A stretch of 64,000 bases of DNA from the human T2T-CHM13v2.0 reference genome, Homo sapiens. The stretch is taken from assembly GCF_009914755.1 (NCBI RefSeq), contig NC_060931.1; one strand, written 5' to 3'. Under the pieces are notes generated by a model. That model ran no database searches, was not told where the DNA came from, and saw only the letters and a list, made by a program, of their open reading frames with translations. Positions within the stretch are counted from its first letter, which is position 1. Every line of letters starts with the position of its first letter. A program made the position numbers and the translations under genes. This document shows positions 37,540-54,550 of the stretch, piece after piece.

Positions 37540-38185
37540 TCAGATGTGTACCCACCCACGGACCCATGCTGTCAGAGGCCCATACACTCATACCACCAAG
37601 AGTAGAATGAGTGCAATTTAGAAACTCTGGTCCATGGCAGAGGAGCCTCCTTGCCTCACTGGATTCTGATACCATGTGGTGTCCATGTGAACACCTTAAT
37701 AGTGGACAGAGCCCCAGATCATAGACAGAAAACTATTTCTGGTCTCAACTCTGGCAGGTATTAGTCATGTGACTTTGGCCTAGCCCCTTAACATCTTAGA
37801 GCCTGGGCTTTACCTTCTTTAAAGTATTTCTTTAAAATATTTAAAAATATTTAACAATACCCATCCCTGCCTCCTACATAGATTTGAGAGAGTCCAACAA
37901 AAGCATGTGTGTGAAAGCAATTTATAATCAATAATATCTACATAGGCTTTATTTATTCTCATTACTAAGCATTTTCCCATATAACCTTTTCATTGATCTC
38001 TGCAATAACCCTGTGAGATGTTTATCATTATCCCCATTTTACACATCAAAAACCAAGCTACAGAAAAGCTTAATATTTTATCTAAATTTTCACAGCTAGG
38101 AAGGATTGGATGCAAGACTCAAACACAAATCATTTTACTCAAAATTTCAAGTTCTTTGTTTTACACAGTATCATGTAATCAATTC

Positions 38186-38474
38186 TTTTTTCCTTTTTTT
38201 TGAGACAGGGTCTCACGCTCACGCTGTCACCCAGGCTGGAATACAGTGGCATGATCACGGCTCACTGCAGCCTCGACCTCCTGGGGTCAGGTATTCCTCC
38301 CACAGCCTCCTAAAGTAGCTGGGACCACAGGCACACACCACCACACCCTGCAAATTTTTTTTGGTACTTTTTTTTTTTTTTTTAGAAACAGTGCCTTACC
38401 ATGTTGCCCAACTGGTCTCGCGAAGTCCTAGGCCCAAGGGATCCACTTGCCTCAGCCTTCCAAAGTGCTGGGAC
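38186..38474 (-). mobile_element. AluJ
   Basis: Minus-strand Alu with TSD TAATCAATTCTT. Confidence 0.85.
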
Positions 38475-38949
38475 ATATAATCAATTCTTATAGATGCTTG
38501 TTCTGTTGCTTTCAACTTGATCAGTCCACTCTGTACAAGTAAAGAGTTTGGTCTTATTTTTATTTGACAGCTTTTAGATAATGTTATTAATCAACAGTTT
38601 AATGCATTTAAGAATGAGGAATAGCCTTTGAAAGCTATACTCTTACTTGGATATTAACTTTATAAAAACCTTACTGAAGTAAGATCAGGAAGCCCAGAAA
38701 AAAAAGTATCTTCAAGTGCTTTGAATTAAAACTTTCATAAGGTCATAGTGAACTGCCTGTTTCCTGATGGGATTTGTGTTTAACAAAGTCCTTGTGGTCA
38801 TCAAAGCATCTCAGAATGTGCCTCTAAAGAAACTGCATATATCCTGTCACATTTTCAGAAGGGCTCAAGTTAATCTGAGAGTTGGAGCTGACCTTAGATG
38901 CCCTTATAGAATTGTCTTATATTCATGCTGCTTCTAATTCCTCTCCTCC

Positions 38950-39460
38950 CACTCTTTTCATGAACTCATTCCATTCAGGTTTTCACCTCAGAATTTCACA
39001 GGCACTGTCTTACCAAGGTCACTCCAACCTCCCAATTGCTAAATCTCATGCGCAACTTTCAATCCTTATATTGACCTGTCAGTAGCCTTTTCACAGTTAA
39101 CTACTGACCCCATCTTGAAACCCTCTCTTCAGTTGGCTTCCGGTCACTGACCTTGCCTAATTTTCTTTCTGGGCTCTTCTGATGTGGTCTCCTTTGCCAA
39201 TTCCTCTCACATGGCTCCACTCTTTAACTGGTGTATCCTTTCTAGCTACACACACTTCCTTAGGTAATCTCATCAGGTGTCACAACTTTAAATAACATCT
39301 ATATTCTGATTTCTCCCAAGTTTAAGTAAGCCTCCTCCCATCCCTTCAATGAACTTTGGTCTCTATACCCAACAGCTTACCCGATACCCTTTTTTGAATA
39401 TCTAATTAGCTTCTCAAACTTAGTATTTCCAAAACTGAGCTTCTGATACTCCCCACAAAA
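38950..39460. mobile_element. L2 fragment followed by an MLT1-like LTR fragment (~39460-39826)
   Basis: ccaaggtcact...attgctaaatc...ttgaaaccctctcttc...ctcaaacttagtatttccaaaactgagc are L2-like motifs. Confidence 0.6.
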
Positions 39461-40378
39461 TATCCAAGCCAAAGCAGACCCTGGTGGTTGGCTGACACTT
39501 CCCAACTCCCTTTCCTCTCTGGCCAACAAATTGTCCGCAGGAGTCGGCTGCAGGGTTCCTGGGAAACTTTTGCTTTCCTGATACAGAAGCTGCCCCTTCC
39601 TCTTTCTCCTTCTTCCTAAAGGAACATAAAAGAGATAGCAGGAACTGCAGCCACCATCCAATGACTGTGAGGAAATGGAGAAGGGAATCACAGAGATTTG
39701 CACACTGTGAAGTTTTTAAAACAAATTCCAGGAATTTTACATGAGAAAAACAAAACTCTTCTTATTTAAGCCACTATGGTTGAATGTGCTGCTACTTGCA
39801 ACTGAAAGCATTCCTAATTAATATAGTATGTTTCAAAAATGAATATTTGTTGTGGTATAACCCTGTAAGTATGTACCAAGAACCAATGCAATAACAGGAG
39901 GAAAAACTGACAAATTATTCAAGACTCTTCCTAGATGCCTGTAGAACACAAATTCCCAATCCCATCTTCATTCATTATATTTCCTCAGAGGCTGGATGAA
40001 TACTTTTCTCAGTCAGAAATCACTAGCCCAAGCCAAATTCAGGTACCCAATCCAGAGCTGCCCTGGGTTGAAAATGTGTAGTCCTGTATTAGTTCAGATT
40101 ATTTTATTTGGGGTGCTGCATGCCATAAGCTTGTCTGAAAAAAGGGGGAGGCTTTCAAGAATTGGTCCAGACAGAGAAATTTTGTCTTCTTGAAAAACTT
40201 AGGTCAACAATTCATATGCTTCAGCTACTAAGGGGGTGTAGTAACTTAGGGGTGATAAAACAAATGTCCCCTCTCATCTATATTGGGGATCAAGGTAAAG
40301 AAATATTGAAATGCAGTGACAGAGGCAGAGAGGCCCTGGTTCTTCACAATCACCTGGGGGAGATTTAAAAGGATTCCA

Positions 40379-40705
<327 letters not shown>

Positions 40706-42271
40706 TCATTCAGTTGGTATGAAGTAGATCTAGGAATGAAAAACTCCCCAGGAGGTTCCAATGCACAGCCAGTATTGAGGACCAATGAAGTCACTTAACT
40801 CCCTTGTTTTACTGATGAAAAAGCCAAGGCGCAGAGAGAGGAAATGAAATCTCACCAGTTTGTTTTATTATAATTAGAAATCAGTAAGTAACCCATGACA
40901 TAGAAAGTTTTACTCAATCACAGGCTAAAAAAATCACATTTCTGATAAAATTTTATTGTTGCCTTTTCTTGGAAACAGAGCTCTCTGCCAGCCTTGGGAA
41001 ACTGATTTGTGCTACCTGCTAGCTCTGTGAGTTTGGGCAAACTTAAGTGTCTTCATCTATAAGGGCATTAATAGAACCTGCCTGATAGAGATTTTATAAA
41101 AATAAAAAGAGATAATGCATGTAAAACTGTCTTTCACAATATCTAACACATGTTAACTATTGTCATTTTTAGTGCTTTGATTTAATTTAACCAACATTTA
41201 TATAGTGTTTGATTAACGGGGTGCATAGCCCATGCCCCTCACTACCTTGCCCTGCTGTCTCCCTTTGTTCCTAATATCACTGAATCATCAAGGAGGCCTC
41301 ATGAAGATCTGGAGATTGCTTCCTCCACATGCTTAAATTTAATTTTTTCATCTGGTTGCTTTACAAATATTTTTAAATATAAGGGTGATCATAGTTGGTC
41401 AGTTGGTTTCGGTTTTTGTTTTGTTTCTTATAATCTCCCCACATACACCTGTATTTATGAGGTAAGAGACTAAAAGGTTATTCCTTTACAACATTTATTC
41501 TTTTATCACATTTGCCATCCATGGAACTCAAACTGTGTAGCTATTTCTGCAAGTTCGATGACAGTCCCCAAAGAAAGCCCTTATTCCCCTGATGGAAATG
41601 TGACTTCTTAGAATGTTACACATTTTCAACCTGGCTGAGAATTCCCTCGTTGTATTGATAGACAGATGAGGAACAAAGCCAAGCCTTAAAAATGTCTATG
41701 TGAATTTGGGATGAGGTGTCCTTCAGAAGTAACGGAGGGAAGAGATTCTGCCCAGGCAGAAGAAACAATAAAGACAAGAATCCCCCGTGTAGAAAATACG
41801 ATCACTTTAGTTCATACACAGGGTGATGAAAATTTAGTGCTAGTAGGTTTGTAGGTCCCTGTGTTTTGTCCAGAACATATCTTTACTTTCCTCACCATAA
41901 ACACAGCAAGTAAAAGCCAAGTGTCAAGCAAATATAAGTAATACAATTTTTATTATTATAGAAGTTAAAATAAATCTTGGGAGACTATTCCCCCATTACT
42001 CAGAAACTCATTTCTCTTTGGCTGTCTCTTGGGATGCATTCTGAATTAATCCCTTCCTTCACCAGCTAATGCACACCCACTAAGTGACACCCACAGCAAG
42101 CCTTATCATTATTATTATGCAAATAATAATTTTCAGGTAGTAGCTATGGAGCTTCTAAGAGCATAATATTTACTTGGGATACTTATCTTAAATGCAAATT
42201 CTGACTTCAGTAGTTGTAAGGAACAGCTCTGTAATCTTTTTTTCTTCAATTAATAAATTGTATTTTTAGAG

Positions 42272-45228
<2,957 letters not shown>

Positions 45229-47030
45229 TCAAATTTAGAACGACATTGACTAGCCCAATGTTTTCCTTTTTTACATCTTGGACATAAGTCAGGTGGCTCT
45301 CTACCTGTTGTGGTAGTAGCTTGAATAGTTATATTCTGTTTATTTAAGACTGGGCAATTCTTTTTTAAGTGACCAATTTGACCACAATTATAACATTTTC
45401 CTCCAAATGTTCTAACTTGTCCTCCTAAAACAACTTCTGTTATTGCTTGAGCCATAAGCATAGCTTTATGCATAGCTCCTCCGATTCCATCACAGGCTTT
45501 TACATATTCTGAGATTACATCTGATCCTGCAGGAACCTTTCCTTTTAATGGCTTAATGGCTGATTGACACTCAGGATTGGCGTTTTCATATGCCATCAAC
45601 TCCACTGTGACCTTACGGGCTTTTTCATCGGCAATTGACTTTTGAGCAACATCTTGGAGCCTTGCCACAAAATCAGGGTAGGGCTCTTTTGAACCTTGTC
45701 TTACTGTATTAAATGAGGGGCAGGCACTTCCTGGGTCTTGGATTTTTTCCCAGGCTCTAAGGCAGATAGCTCTAACTTGCTCAATGGCCTCATTTTGCAT
45801 TAATGCTTGTTGACTAATAGTACTCCAATTTTGACCTATTCCTAATAGTTGATCTGCATCTATGTTAACTGGAGGATTGGCAGCCCTATTTCTTCGGACC
45901 TGTTCTTGAACCCCATCAATCCACCAAGTCTTAAATTGTAAAAATTGAGAGGGTGAGAGAGACGATTTTGCCAGAATCTCCCAATCATAAGGAATGAGTC
46001 TATGTCCATGAGCAATGGAATCTAATAATGTCCTCATATAAGGGGAGTTGGGTCCATACTGTTTTACTCTCTCTTTCATATCTTTTAGCATTTTTATCGA
46101 AAAAGACTTGTATCTGGCCTCAACTGTGAGAGGCTCTCCCTCTTGGGCTCCTTCTCCAGGTGGCATCGGTTCTAACGTTACTGGGAATTGCCATGCCTCA
46201 GTATCTCCTTCCTTTCTTGATTTATCAATAATTTCATGTAATTCACTACCCTGTCTACTAGGTGGTGCCGTAGGATTAAGTCTCCTAGTGGGCGGCTGAG
46301 GGTATGGCGCCCTGCCCTGTGGTGCTGGGGGCATTCCTGGATATCCATACTAACTTTCTGGGGGTGGCCGATACTGAAGTTCAGCCGGCGGCCAGTATTG
46401 ATAGGCTACTGGCGGTTGGGTCTTATTTTCTTTAACCTGCGTTTGAGGTTGTAATGTTACAGGCACCTGACCTGCTGGAAGAGGACTTGTGCCTCGTGGT
46501 TTAGACTCTGATGGCCCCACTAATTCGGGACCTTTTCCTTCTAATTTTAACGTTTCAGGATATATCACCTCCTGTAATTGATTATAGTCAACATTTTGCG
46601 TTGACTGAGCCATTACCGGCTCTGCTACATATTCGCAATGTAAACCTTCTGTTTCTTTCTGGGATTTTTTCCTTGTCTTTTCATTACAATCTATTAAACA
46701 GCTTCCAGGGGCATCAGAAACTGAAACGCTATCTTCTTCTGTTTGAAATGGTTCTAAAGCTGCTTTAATAATGGCCCAATCATTCCATACTGTAAGTGGA
46801 ATGATATTACCCTTCCTACCTGCTTGTTTTAGTTCCTTACCAATTCTTTTCCAATCTTTTAGATCTAAAGTTCCTTGTTCTGGAAACCATGGGCAAAATT
46901 GTTCTATTATTTGAAATAGCTTGATTAGATTTTTTGTAGATACTTTAACTCCCCCTCTTTTTAAAAGAATTTTAATAAAGCTGAGATAAGAGGCATATTT
47001 ACTTTTAATTTTACTTTTAGTTTGCCCCAT

Positions 47031-47173
47031 TATCACCCTAGCTTCTTCCGAGCGCACAAGCTTACCGTAAGGCTGACTGTAGACGTACTCGGGATCTCTC
47101 GTCGACTTGTCCTCAATGACCACGCTCGAGTGTACCTTCACCCTAGAGAAAAGCCTCCACGTTGGGCACCAGA
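47031..47173 (-). other. HML-2 leader with genomic-type PBS (47154-47171) and major splice donor
   Basis: Minus strand reads TC-TGGTGCCCAACGTGGAGG-CTTTTCTCTAGGG...TTACG|GTAAG. There is no LTR upstream. Confidence 0.93.
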
Positions 47174-47380
47174 GCAGTTTAGGTGTACAGCAAAACTGAG
47201 CAAAGTAAAGAGAGTTCCCACATACTCCCTTCTCCACCAGCTCACAGCCTCTCTACCATCAATATCTTACATCAGTGTGGTCCAGTTATTACAACTGATG
47301 AACTGATATTGACACATTATTATCAACCAAATATTAGGGGTCACTCTTTGTGTTGTACATTCTATGGGTTTTGACAAATG
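47174..47380 (-). mobile_element. Old L1M (L1MC-like) 3'-end fragment that is the HERV-K target; begins at ~42237-42271
   Basis: Joining the flanks gives tatttttagagcagtttaggtgtacagcaaaactgagc...gttgtacattctatgggttttgacaaatg, a contiguous L1M 3'-end-like sequence. Confidence 0.7.
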
Positions 47381-47749
47381 AAATCTTTATTTTTAACAAG
47401 CACATTTAAGTAAATGCAATGCAATTAATTTGAGGACCACACTTTAAGCAACACTGCCCCAGGTGATTTATAATCACATTAACACTATGATTATAATGTA
47501 ACGATACTGAGGCCAACAACAATGGCCAGACCACTATAATAGAACTTTAGAGTTCCTTTCATAAATATCCTGGCAACCTTGAATGCATAAACAGGCTCTA
47601 TTCCAAAAGTCCACTTCTAAATTGATGTCTTGGAACTCAGATCACAGGCTTTTCACAGAAACAATTGATGTATACAGTGATCAAGTTCTTGGACCTACTC
47701 TTTAAAGCTTATTTCACTCATAATATTATAAGGTTATTTTAACAGTCAT

Positions 47750-48720
47750 ATTTAAAGGGGAAATAATAGAAATGTAAACCCATAAAGATAATGGACAAAA
47801 ATGTTTTGAAAATATTTGAGAATTTTTTTTCAATATTCAATATTTGAGAATAGAGGTCAGGGGCCTCTTTTAAACAAAACTTAAAAGGCACAAACCATAA
47901 GGCAAAAATATATATTAATTGAAAACATCAAAATAGGACTTCTGTTCATGAGAGACAGCAAACACAAAGACCAGATGATAGATTGGGAGAAGCTATTTGG
48001 AATGTTTCTAGCCAATGTATCTAGAATAAGCAAAGGATTCCTCTGAATCAATAAGAAAAAAAAAAGCTCAATTACAAAATGAGCAGATTATGAATAGGTA
48101 ATTTTTAGAAAAGGAAACTCAAAAACAGAGCCAGCATGTAAAGAAATGCCCAAATAATTGGTAATTAGGTAAATGCAAGTTAAAACAGTGAGTTATCGGT
48201 TTGCACCTTTCAGGCTGGCAGAATTTAGACAGGATCATAGGCATAGATTTGCCTTCACGTGCTGCCAGTGGGAGTGCAGACCATTATGAGGAGCAATTTA
48301 GTCCAACAGATAAACATTCCCTGTGACATGCCAATTCTGCTCCTGGATTTACACCCAGGAAATTTCTCACTTGGGCCTTAAGGGACCATGTATGAGGATA
48401 TTCACTAGAGCATTACTTGTGGTGGGGAGTTGGAGGAAATCTGGTTGTTCACTATGGAGGGGTGGATAAAGAATTTGGGATGAGTAGAAACCATGGAGTA
48501 CTAGGTAGCAGGTAAGAGGCAACAAATTAAATGAACACATAGCGAAGTGTATGGATCTTAAAAACAGAATGCTTAATAAAAAAAAGAAACAGAATAAAAT
48601 AAGAAATAATTATCACTTAGATAAATTAGAAACAATGTGTACCAAACAACCATCTTCACTGTGCAAAAAATATTCACATAAAAATATATACGTTAATGGT
48701 TGCCTATGGAAGGGGAGAAG
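47750..48720 (+). mobile_element. Ancient L1ME-like fragment
   Basis: Degenerate ORF2-end/3' UTR motifs (gattgggagaag, aaatgcaagttaaaaca, atggatcttaaaaacagaatgct). Confidence 0.6.
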
Positions 48721-48764
48721 AATGGCAGTGGAAGAGAGGATGAAGAGGATTCAACAAGAAAGGA

Positions 48765-49015
48765 CAGTGTGGTATAGGGGGAAGAGCACAGGCTTTGTTG
48801 TCAGCCTGCCTGGATTAGAGCCTTAGCTTCACTGCTTACTAGCTGTGGATCCTGAGCAAATCATTTGATGACTCTTAAGCTTCTTCGTGTGTAAAATATA
48901 GACCATGTTGTCCATCTTACAGTGCCATAGTGAGGTTTAAAACACATAATCCAAGTACGGCACTTAGCTCAGTGCTTAATATATAATTAGTATTCAATAA
49001 ATGTTAGCAATAATT
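48765..49015 (+). mobile_element. MIR SINE
   Basis: gtggtatagggggaagagcacaggcttt...cacttagctcagtgc...tcaataaatgttagc. Confidence 0.8.
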
Positions 49016-49859
49016 GCGAAAGAACCCTGGCCTCATGATGCAGATCAATAGTGGGAACAGAAAGCATTGAGAGTAGGAAATAAGGGTTGGGAAAAAGAAA
49101 GGATATGAGAGAACTGATTAAGGAACAGGAGGAGCATGGTGATGGTTAATTTTTCCATCTTTCCCATAGGAATCTCTCAGATGGCATCAGCATAGTCTTC
49201 TCTCCTTTACTCTCATTTTTTCCCCTTGTTTTCTCTTCTATTTGCCTAGTGCTACAGAAGTTCTCACTTTTTGTCACCAGGTGCTAGGGGGCAGAGTGCG
49301 GTTCATCTAAGGAGTAGAGAAGGGGAGGATCCGGGGTCTGCATGAGGAGGAAGAAGGAAGTGTGTCCATTGACTATTTCTGTATACAAACCACCCCAATA
49401 TTCAGTGGCTTAAAGAGATAATTATTTATTATTCCTCACAAGTCTAGGGATTAGAACATCTAGGCTAGATTTGTCTGGGGGTGGCTTTGCCCCACATGTC
49501 TCTCATTTTCTTCCTGGAACTAGCAGACTAGAATGTCTTCCAGGTGATGACAGGGCACAGAATAGTCAAGCCCAGCAGCACAAGGACTTCTGGAGTCTCT
49601 GCTATGTCACATTTGCTAACATCCCATCAGCCAAAGTAAGTCATGGCTGGACCATATACCCCATACACAGGGGAAAAGCACCACAAAATGACACAACAAA
49701 GGACATGGGTACTGGGAAGGGTGTAGAATTGGGGCCACTCATGCAATTCACACAAGGAGTCACATACTTCTCATGATTGACTAGAAAAAGTGAACATAGC
49801 CTAGCTGAGGAAGCAGGGAAACTAAATGCTGGATGATGCAAAAAGCAGGTCTAAGCAAG

Positions 49860-49965
49860 TTCTCTCTGTCTCTCTGTCTGTCTGTCTGTCTCTCTCTCTG
49901 TCTCTCTTTCTCTCCCCCAACCCCCAACACCACCACACACACACACACACACACACACAGAGAGA
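49860..49965. repeat. Compound (CT/CTGT)n-(CA)n microsatellite
   Basis: Directly visible. Confidence 0.85.
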
Positions 49966-50015
49966 AACACCCACATATATTAATGGAAGAAGCCCCAGTG
50001 ACTAGTGTAGTATTA

Positions 50016-50382
<367 letters not shown>

Positions 50383-50815
50383 TAAGGATAAATAAGTCTT
50401 GCTATGGGGCCAGGGGTTGGGATGGGGAGTGGGGATGGAGATCTGTCCTTAAGGAAGTAGACAGCTGGATAAATAGTGCTGTTTGGGGACATTGAAAAAC
50501 ACATGCGTGCACACACACACACTCCACACACTTTCTTCAATCCAAAGCAAATGAGAAGTAAGGACTGAGATTAGTTTACAAGTTTTTATTAAGCTTGTTC
50601 CTAATTTTTAACTAGACACACCTTGCACTGAACCTTTGATAGCTTATTATTATAGCCTAATGTTGATGTTCATACTAATATCAACAGCAAGAGTCTGGCA
50701 TCTATAAAATATAAATACAAAATTGTCAGTTACAATGAAATGAAATTAATATCCAGTCTCTTTTTAGACAAATCTTTTCTCCTAGGATGGGGGAGGATAT
50801 ACTTAAACAATCTGA

Positions 50816-51156
<341 letters not shown>

Positions 51157-51395
51157 CACAGTGTTACCTTTTAAAGAAGCATTTATTCATTCAGAAAAGC
51201 ATTATTTGCTTTGAATATTAAGCAGAGATTCTGACAACTTTTTTCACTACTGTGTGTGTAAAATATCTCTTTCACTGATGCTAAAATTAAATTTAAATGT
51301 GCCTTTAATATTTTTTAAATGTAACATTGTTGTACCATAGGCCTAGTACCTAGAATGGTGCCCTACAAGTGAGAAAAAAGAAAGTGATAGGGTAC

Positions 51396-52746
51396 CCCAA
51401 AATAAAGCTGCACACCTACAACCATCTGATCTTCAACAAAGTAGACAAAAATAAGCAATGAAGAAATGACTCCCTATTTAATAAATAGTGCTGGGATAGC
51501 TGGCTAGCAATATGCGGAAGAATCAAACTGGACCCTTATCTTCCACCATATACAAAAATTAATGCAAGGTGGATTAAAGATTTAATTGTAAGGCCTCAAA
51601 CTATAAAATCTTAAAAGGAAACCTAGGAAATACCATCTGGACATCAGCCTTGGGACATAATTTATAACTAAGTCCTCAAAAGCAATTGCAACAAAAAACA
51701 AAAACTGACAAGTGAGACCTAATTAAACTAAAGAACTTTTGCACAGCAAAAGAAACTATCAACAGAATAAACAGACAACCTACAGAATGGGAGAAAATAC
51801 TTGCAAACTATGCATCCAACAAAGGTTTAATATCCAGAATCCATAAGGCACTTAAACAACTCAACAAACAAAAAACAAATAACTTCATTTAAAAAAAGAC
51901 ATGAACAGACACTTCTCAAAAGAAGACATACAAGTAGACAAAAAACATAGGAAAAAAATACTTACCATCACTAATCATCAGAAAAATGCAAATCTAAACC
52001 ATAATGAGATATCATCTCACACCAGTCCAAATGGCCATTAATAAAAAGACAAAAAACAACAGAAGCTGGCAAGGCTGTGGAGAAAAAGGAACACTTATAC
52101 ACTTTTGGTGGGAAAGTAAATTAGTTCAGCCACTGTGGAAAGCAGTTTGGAGATTTCTCAAAGAACTAAAAATAGAACTACCATATGACCCAACAATTCC
52201 ATTACTGGTTAGATACCCAGAGGAAAATAAATTGTTCTACAAAAAAGACATGTGCACTTGTATGTTCATTGCAGCACTATTCACAATAGCAAAGACATGA
52301 AATCAACCTAGGTGCCTGTCAGCAGTGAATTGGATAAAGAAAATGTGGTACATATACACCATGGAATACTACACAGCCATAATAGAAGAATGAAATCATG
52401 TTCTTTGCAGCAACATGGATCCAGCTGGAGGCCATCATCCTAAGCGAATTAACAGAGGAACAAAAAACCAAATACCACATGTCCTCACTTGCAAATGAGA
52501 GGTATATATAGACATAAACATGGGAACAATGGACACTGGGGACTCCTGGAGGAGGGAAAGAAGTGGCAGGCAAAGGGTTGAAAAACTACTTATTGGGTAC
52601 TATACTCACTACCTGGGTAATCCGCTAGTAGGGATCATTTGTTCCCCAAACCTCAGTATCACATAATATACCCATGTAACAAACCTGCACATGTACCCCC
52701 GAATCTAAAATAAAAGTTGCAATTATTAAAATAAAATAAAAATAAA
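51396..52746 (+). mobile_element. 5'-truncated older primate L1 (L1PA16/L1PB-like)
   Basis: [12 protein letters not shown]...[11 protein letters not shown] peptide, 3' UTR gggtactatactcactacctggg, (TAAAA)n tail. Confidence 0.88.
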
Positions 52747-53689
52747 GCTAGCAATGAACCCTATACATGAAAATCAATAAAACATAATCATGGCTGTATA
52801 GAGGGGCTTGTCATTTATAGCAATTTTAGTTCAAGCTGGAATAGGACCGTGTCTCTTTCAGTTCTACCCACTGTGGCTAGCATAGTGCCTGGCATCAAGC
52901 AGGTGTCCTATATTTATTTGAATGTAATTAACTGGGAGCTTTCTGCACCCCACCAAAAATATATAAATAAATAAAACTGAAGTGAAAGAATGATATTACT
53001 CATGCAATTTTTCAGGCATAGAGTCATCTGTCTACCATCTGGCCCATTCCTCATGTGACTAGTTGTTTTTCTCAGGGAAGCGTCACTCAAACAAGCTACG
53101 AGATAGATGCATGTAATCAGTCCTAGGTACACACAAGGAGGGGCTTCTTTCTGTCATTAGAATGCTCTCTGAGTCTCCCATAGGGTTGGGTTCTTAAAAG
53201 AAGACGAAATATTTAAAACACAGAGAACCAAATCCTCGTAACCCTAAAGTCTTTTTAAAGATTAGAGCAGGTCTGTGTTGTCTTGAATAATTTAAGTTGT
53301 GCAAATAAGAAATTGTCATTTGAGACATCTCAACTCAGGTAATTTCACAAATGTTTCTCTCTGTAATATACTTGACTGACAGATGACTTCCTGAGCTGAT
53401 TTTTAAGTCACGCCGAGGACAAATAGACATCTGAGAGAACTGCCTTTTATTGTCTTTTGTTAAGCAAGAGAAGATAAGAGTGGGCTGATGCTTAAAGAAC
53501 TCTCATTTCCTGAACGCTGACTTTTTTGAATGTCTGAGGGGCTAAGCAAGTCTCTTGATTCTGCCTGTATGAAAGCAGTGTGGGAGTGCTGGAAGATGGA
53601 ATGGGGACTTATCCCTCATAGAACTTTACTTAGGAGTGGACATTATTAATAAGCCCGAGTTACTCAGAGTTAACTCTGTGAGCCACATA

Positions 53690-53950
53690 TGTGCTTATAC
53701 ATGTCCCTGTAGCCACAGTTTAAATTTTTTTAAAAAAAAAGGTGAAATTAATTTTAATAATATATTTAACCCAATATACCCAAACTTTTATTTCAGCATG
53801 TAATCAATATAAAAAATTATAAATTAAATTTTTTTCATGTTAAGTCTTAAAATTCCAATGTGTCTTTTACACTTGCAGTTTATCTCATTCACACAAGCCA
53901 CATTTCCAGTGCTCAATGGTCACATTTGGCTCCTGTGTTGGACAGCACAG
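53690..53950. mobile_element. MER33-like hAT DNA transposon
   Basis: aaggtgaaattaattttaataatatatttaacccaatata...gccacatttccagtgctcaat...ttggacagcacag. Confidence 0.65.
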
Positions 53951-54357
53951 GCCTGGACAGCAGACAGTTCACTCAGTACAAGACACCAACTTTCACCGAG
54001 TAATGTCCATGAGTTTATGAAAACCCTCTTAATTTTCCACAAATATTGATGGCTCTTACCTCTTGGATTTTTCCGCAGAAGTTCAGCTTCAGGGAAGGGA
54101 AGAGGAAAAGCACCAAGGTTTTCTGGGCACTTACTGTGTGAACAAGGACTCACATCATCTCACTTTCCCCACAACAGACCTGTGAGGAAAGGAGATGATT
54201 CTGATTTTGCAGAGGAGAAAATCAAGGTTCAGGCATGCCAAAGACTTGCCAAGGTCACGCAGTGAGTGATAGCAAGGCTGGGAAGGAACTCAGGCTTGGC
54301 CTCAGAGCCCTGGCACTTTCTATTGTATTATCGTCGCTCCTCAGATACCACTGGGTA

Positions 54358-54550
54358 GCAGTGGTTCCCAAATCAGTGAGTGTCCGAATCACTGGGAGAG
54401 CTTACTATTAAAGTACTTGTCACTGGGCCTGACCCCCAGAGGTTCCGATTCAGCGATTCAGAGTGAGGCCTGAGAATCTGCCCTTCTACCAAGTTCCCAG
54501 GAGATGCTGATGCTATTGGTCCAGGGACCACACTTTAAGAACCCCTGCTG
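54358..54550. mobile_element. MER5A DNA transposon
   Basis: cagtggttcccaaa...ccccagaggttccgattcag...caagttcccaggagatgctgatgct...ggaccacactttaagaacccctg. Confidence 0.8.

Noticed and set aside
47031-47237. 69-codon N-terminal extension of gag reaching into the host flank (ORF track 46350-47237)
   Set aside because: The 'start' at 47237 is GTG, not ATG. It is a chance open frame through L1M and leader sequence, and the real start is 47030.
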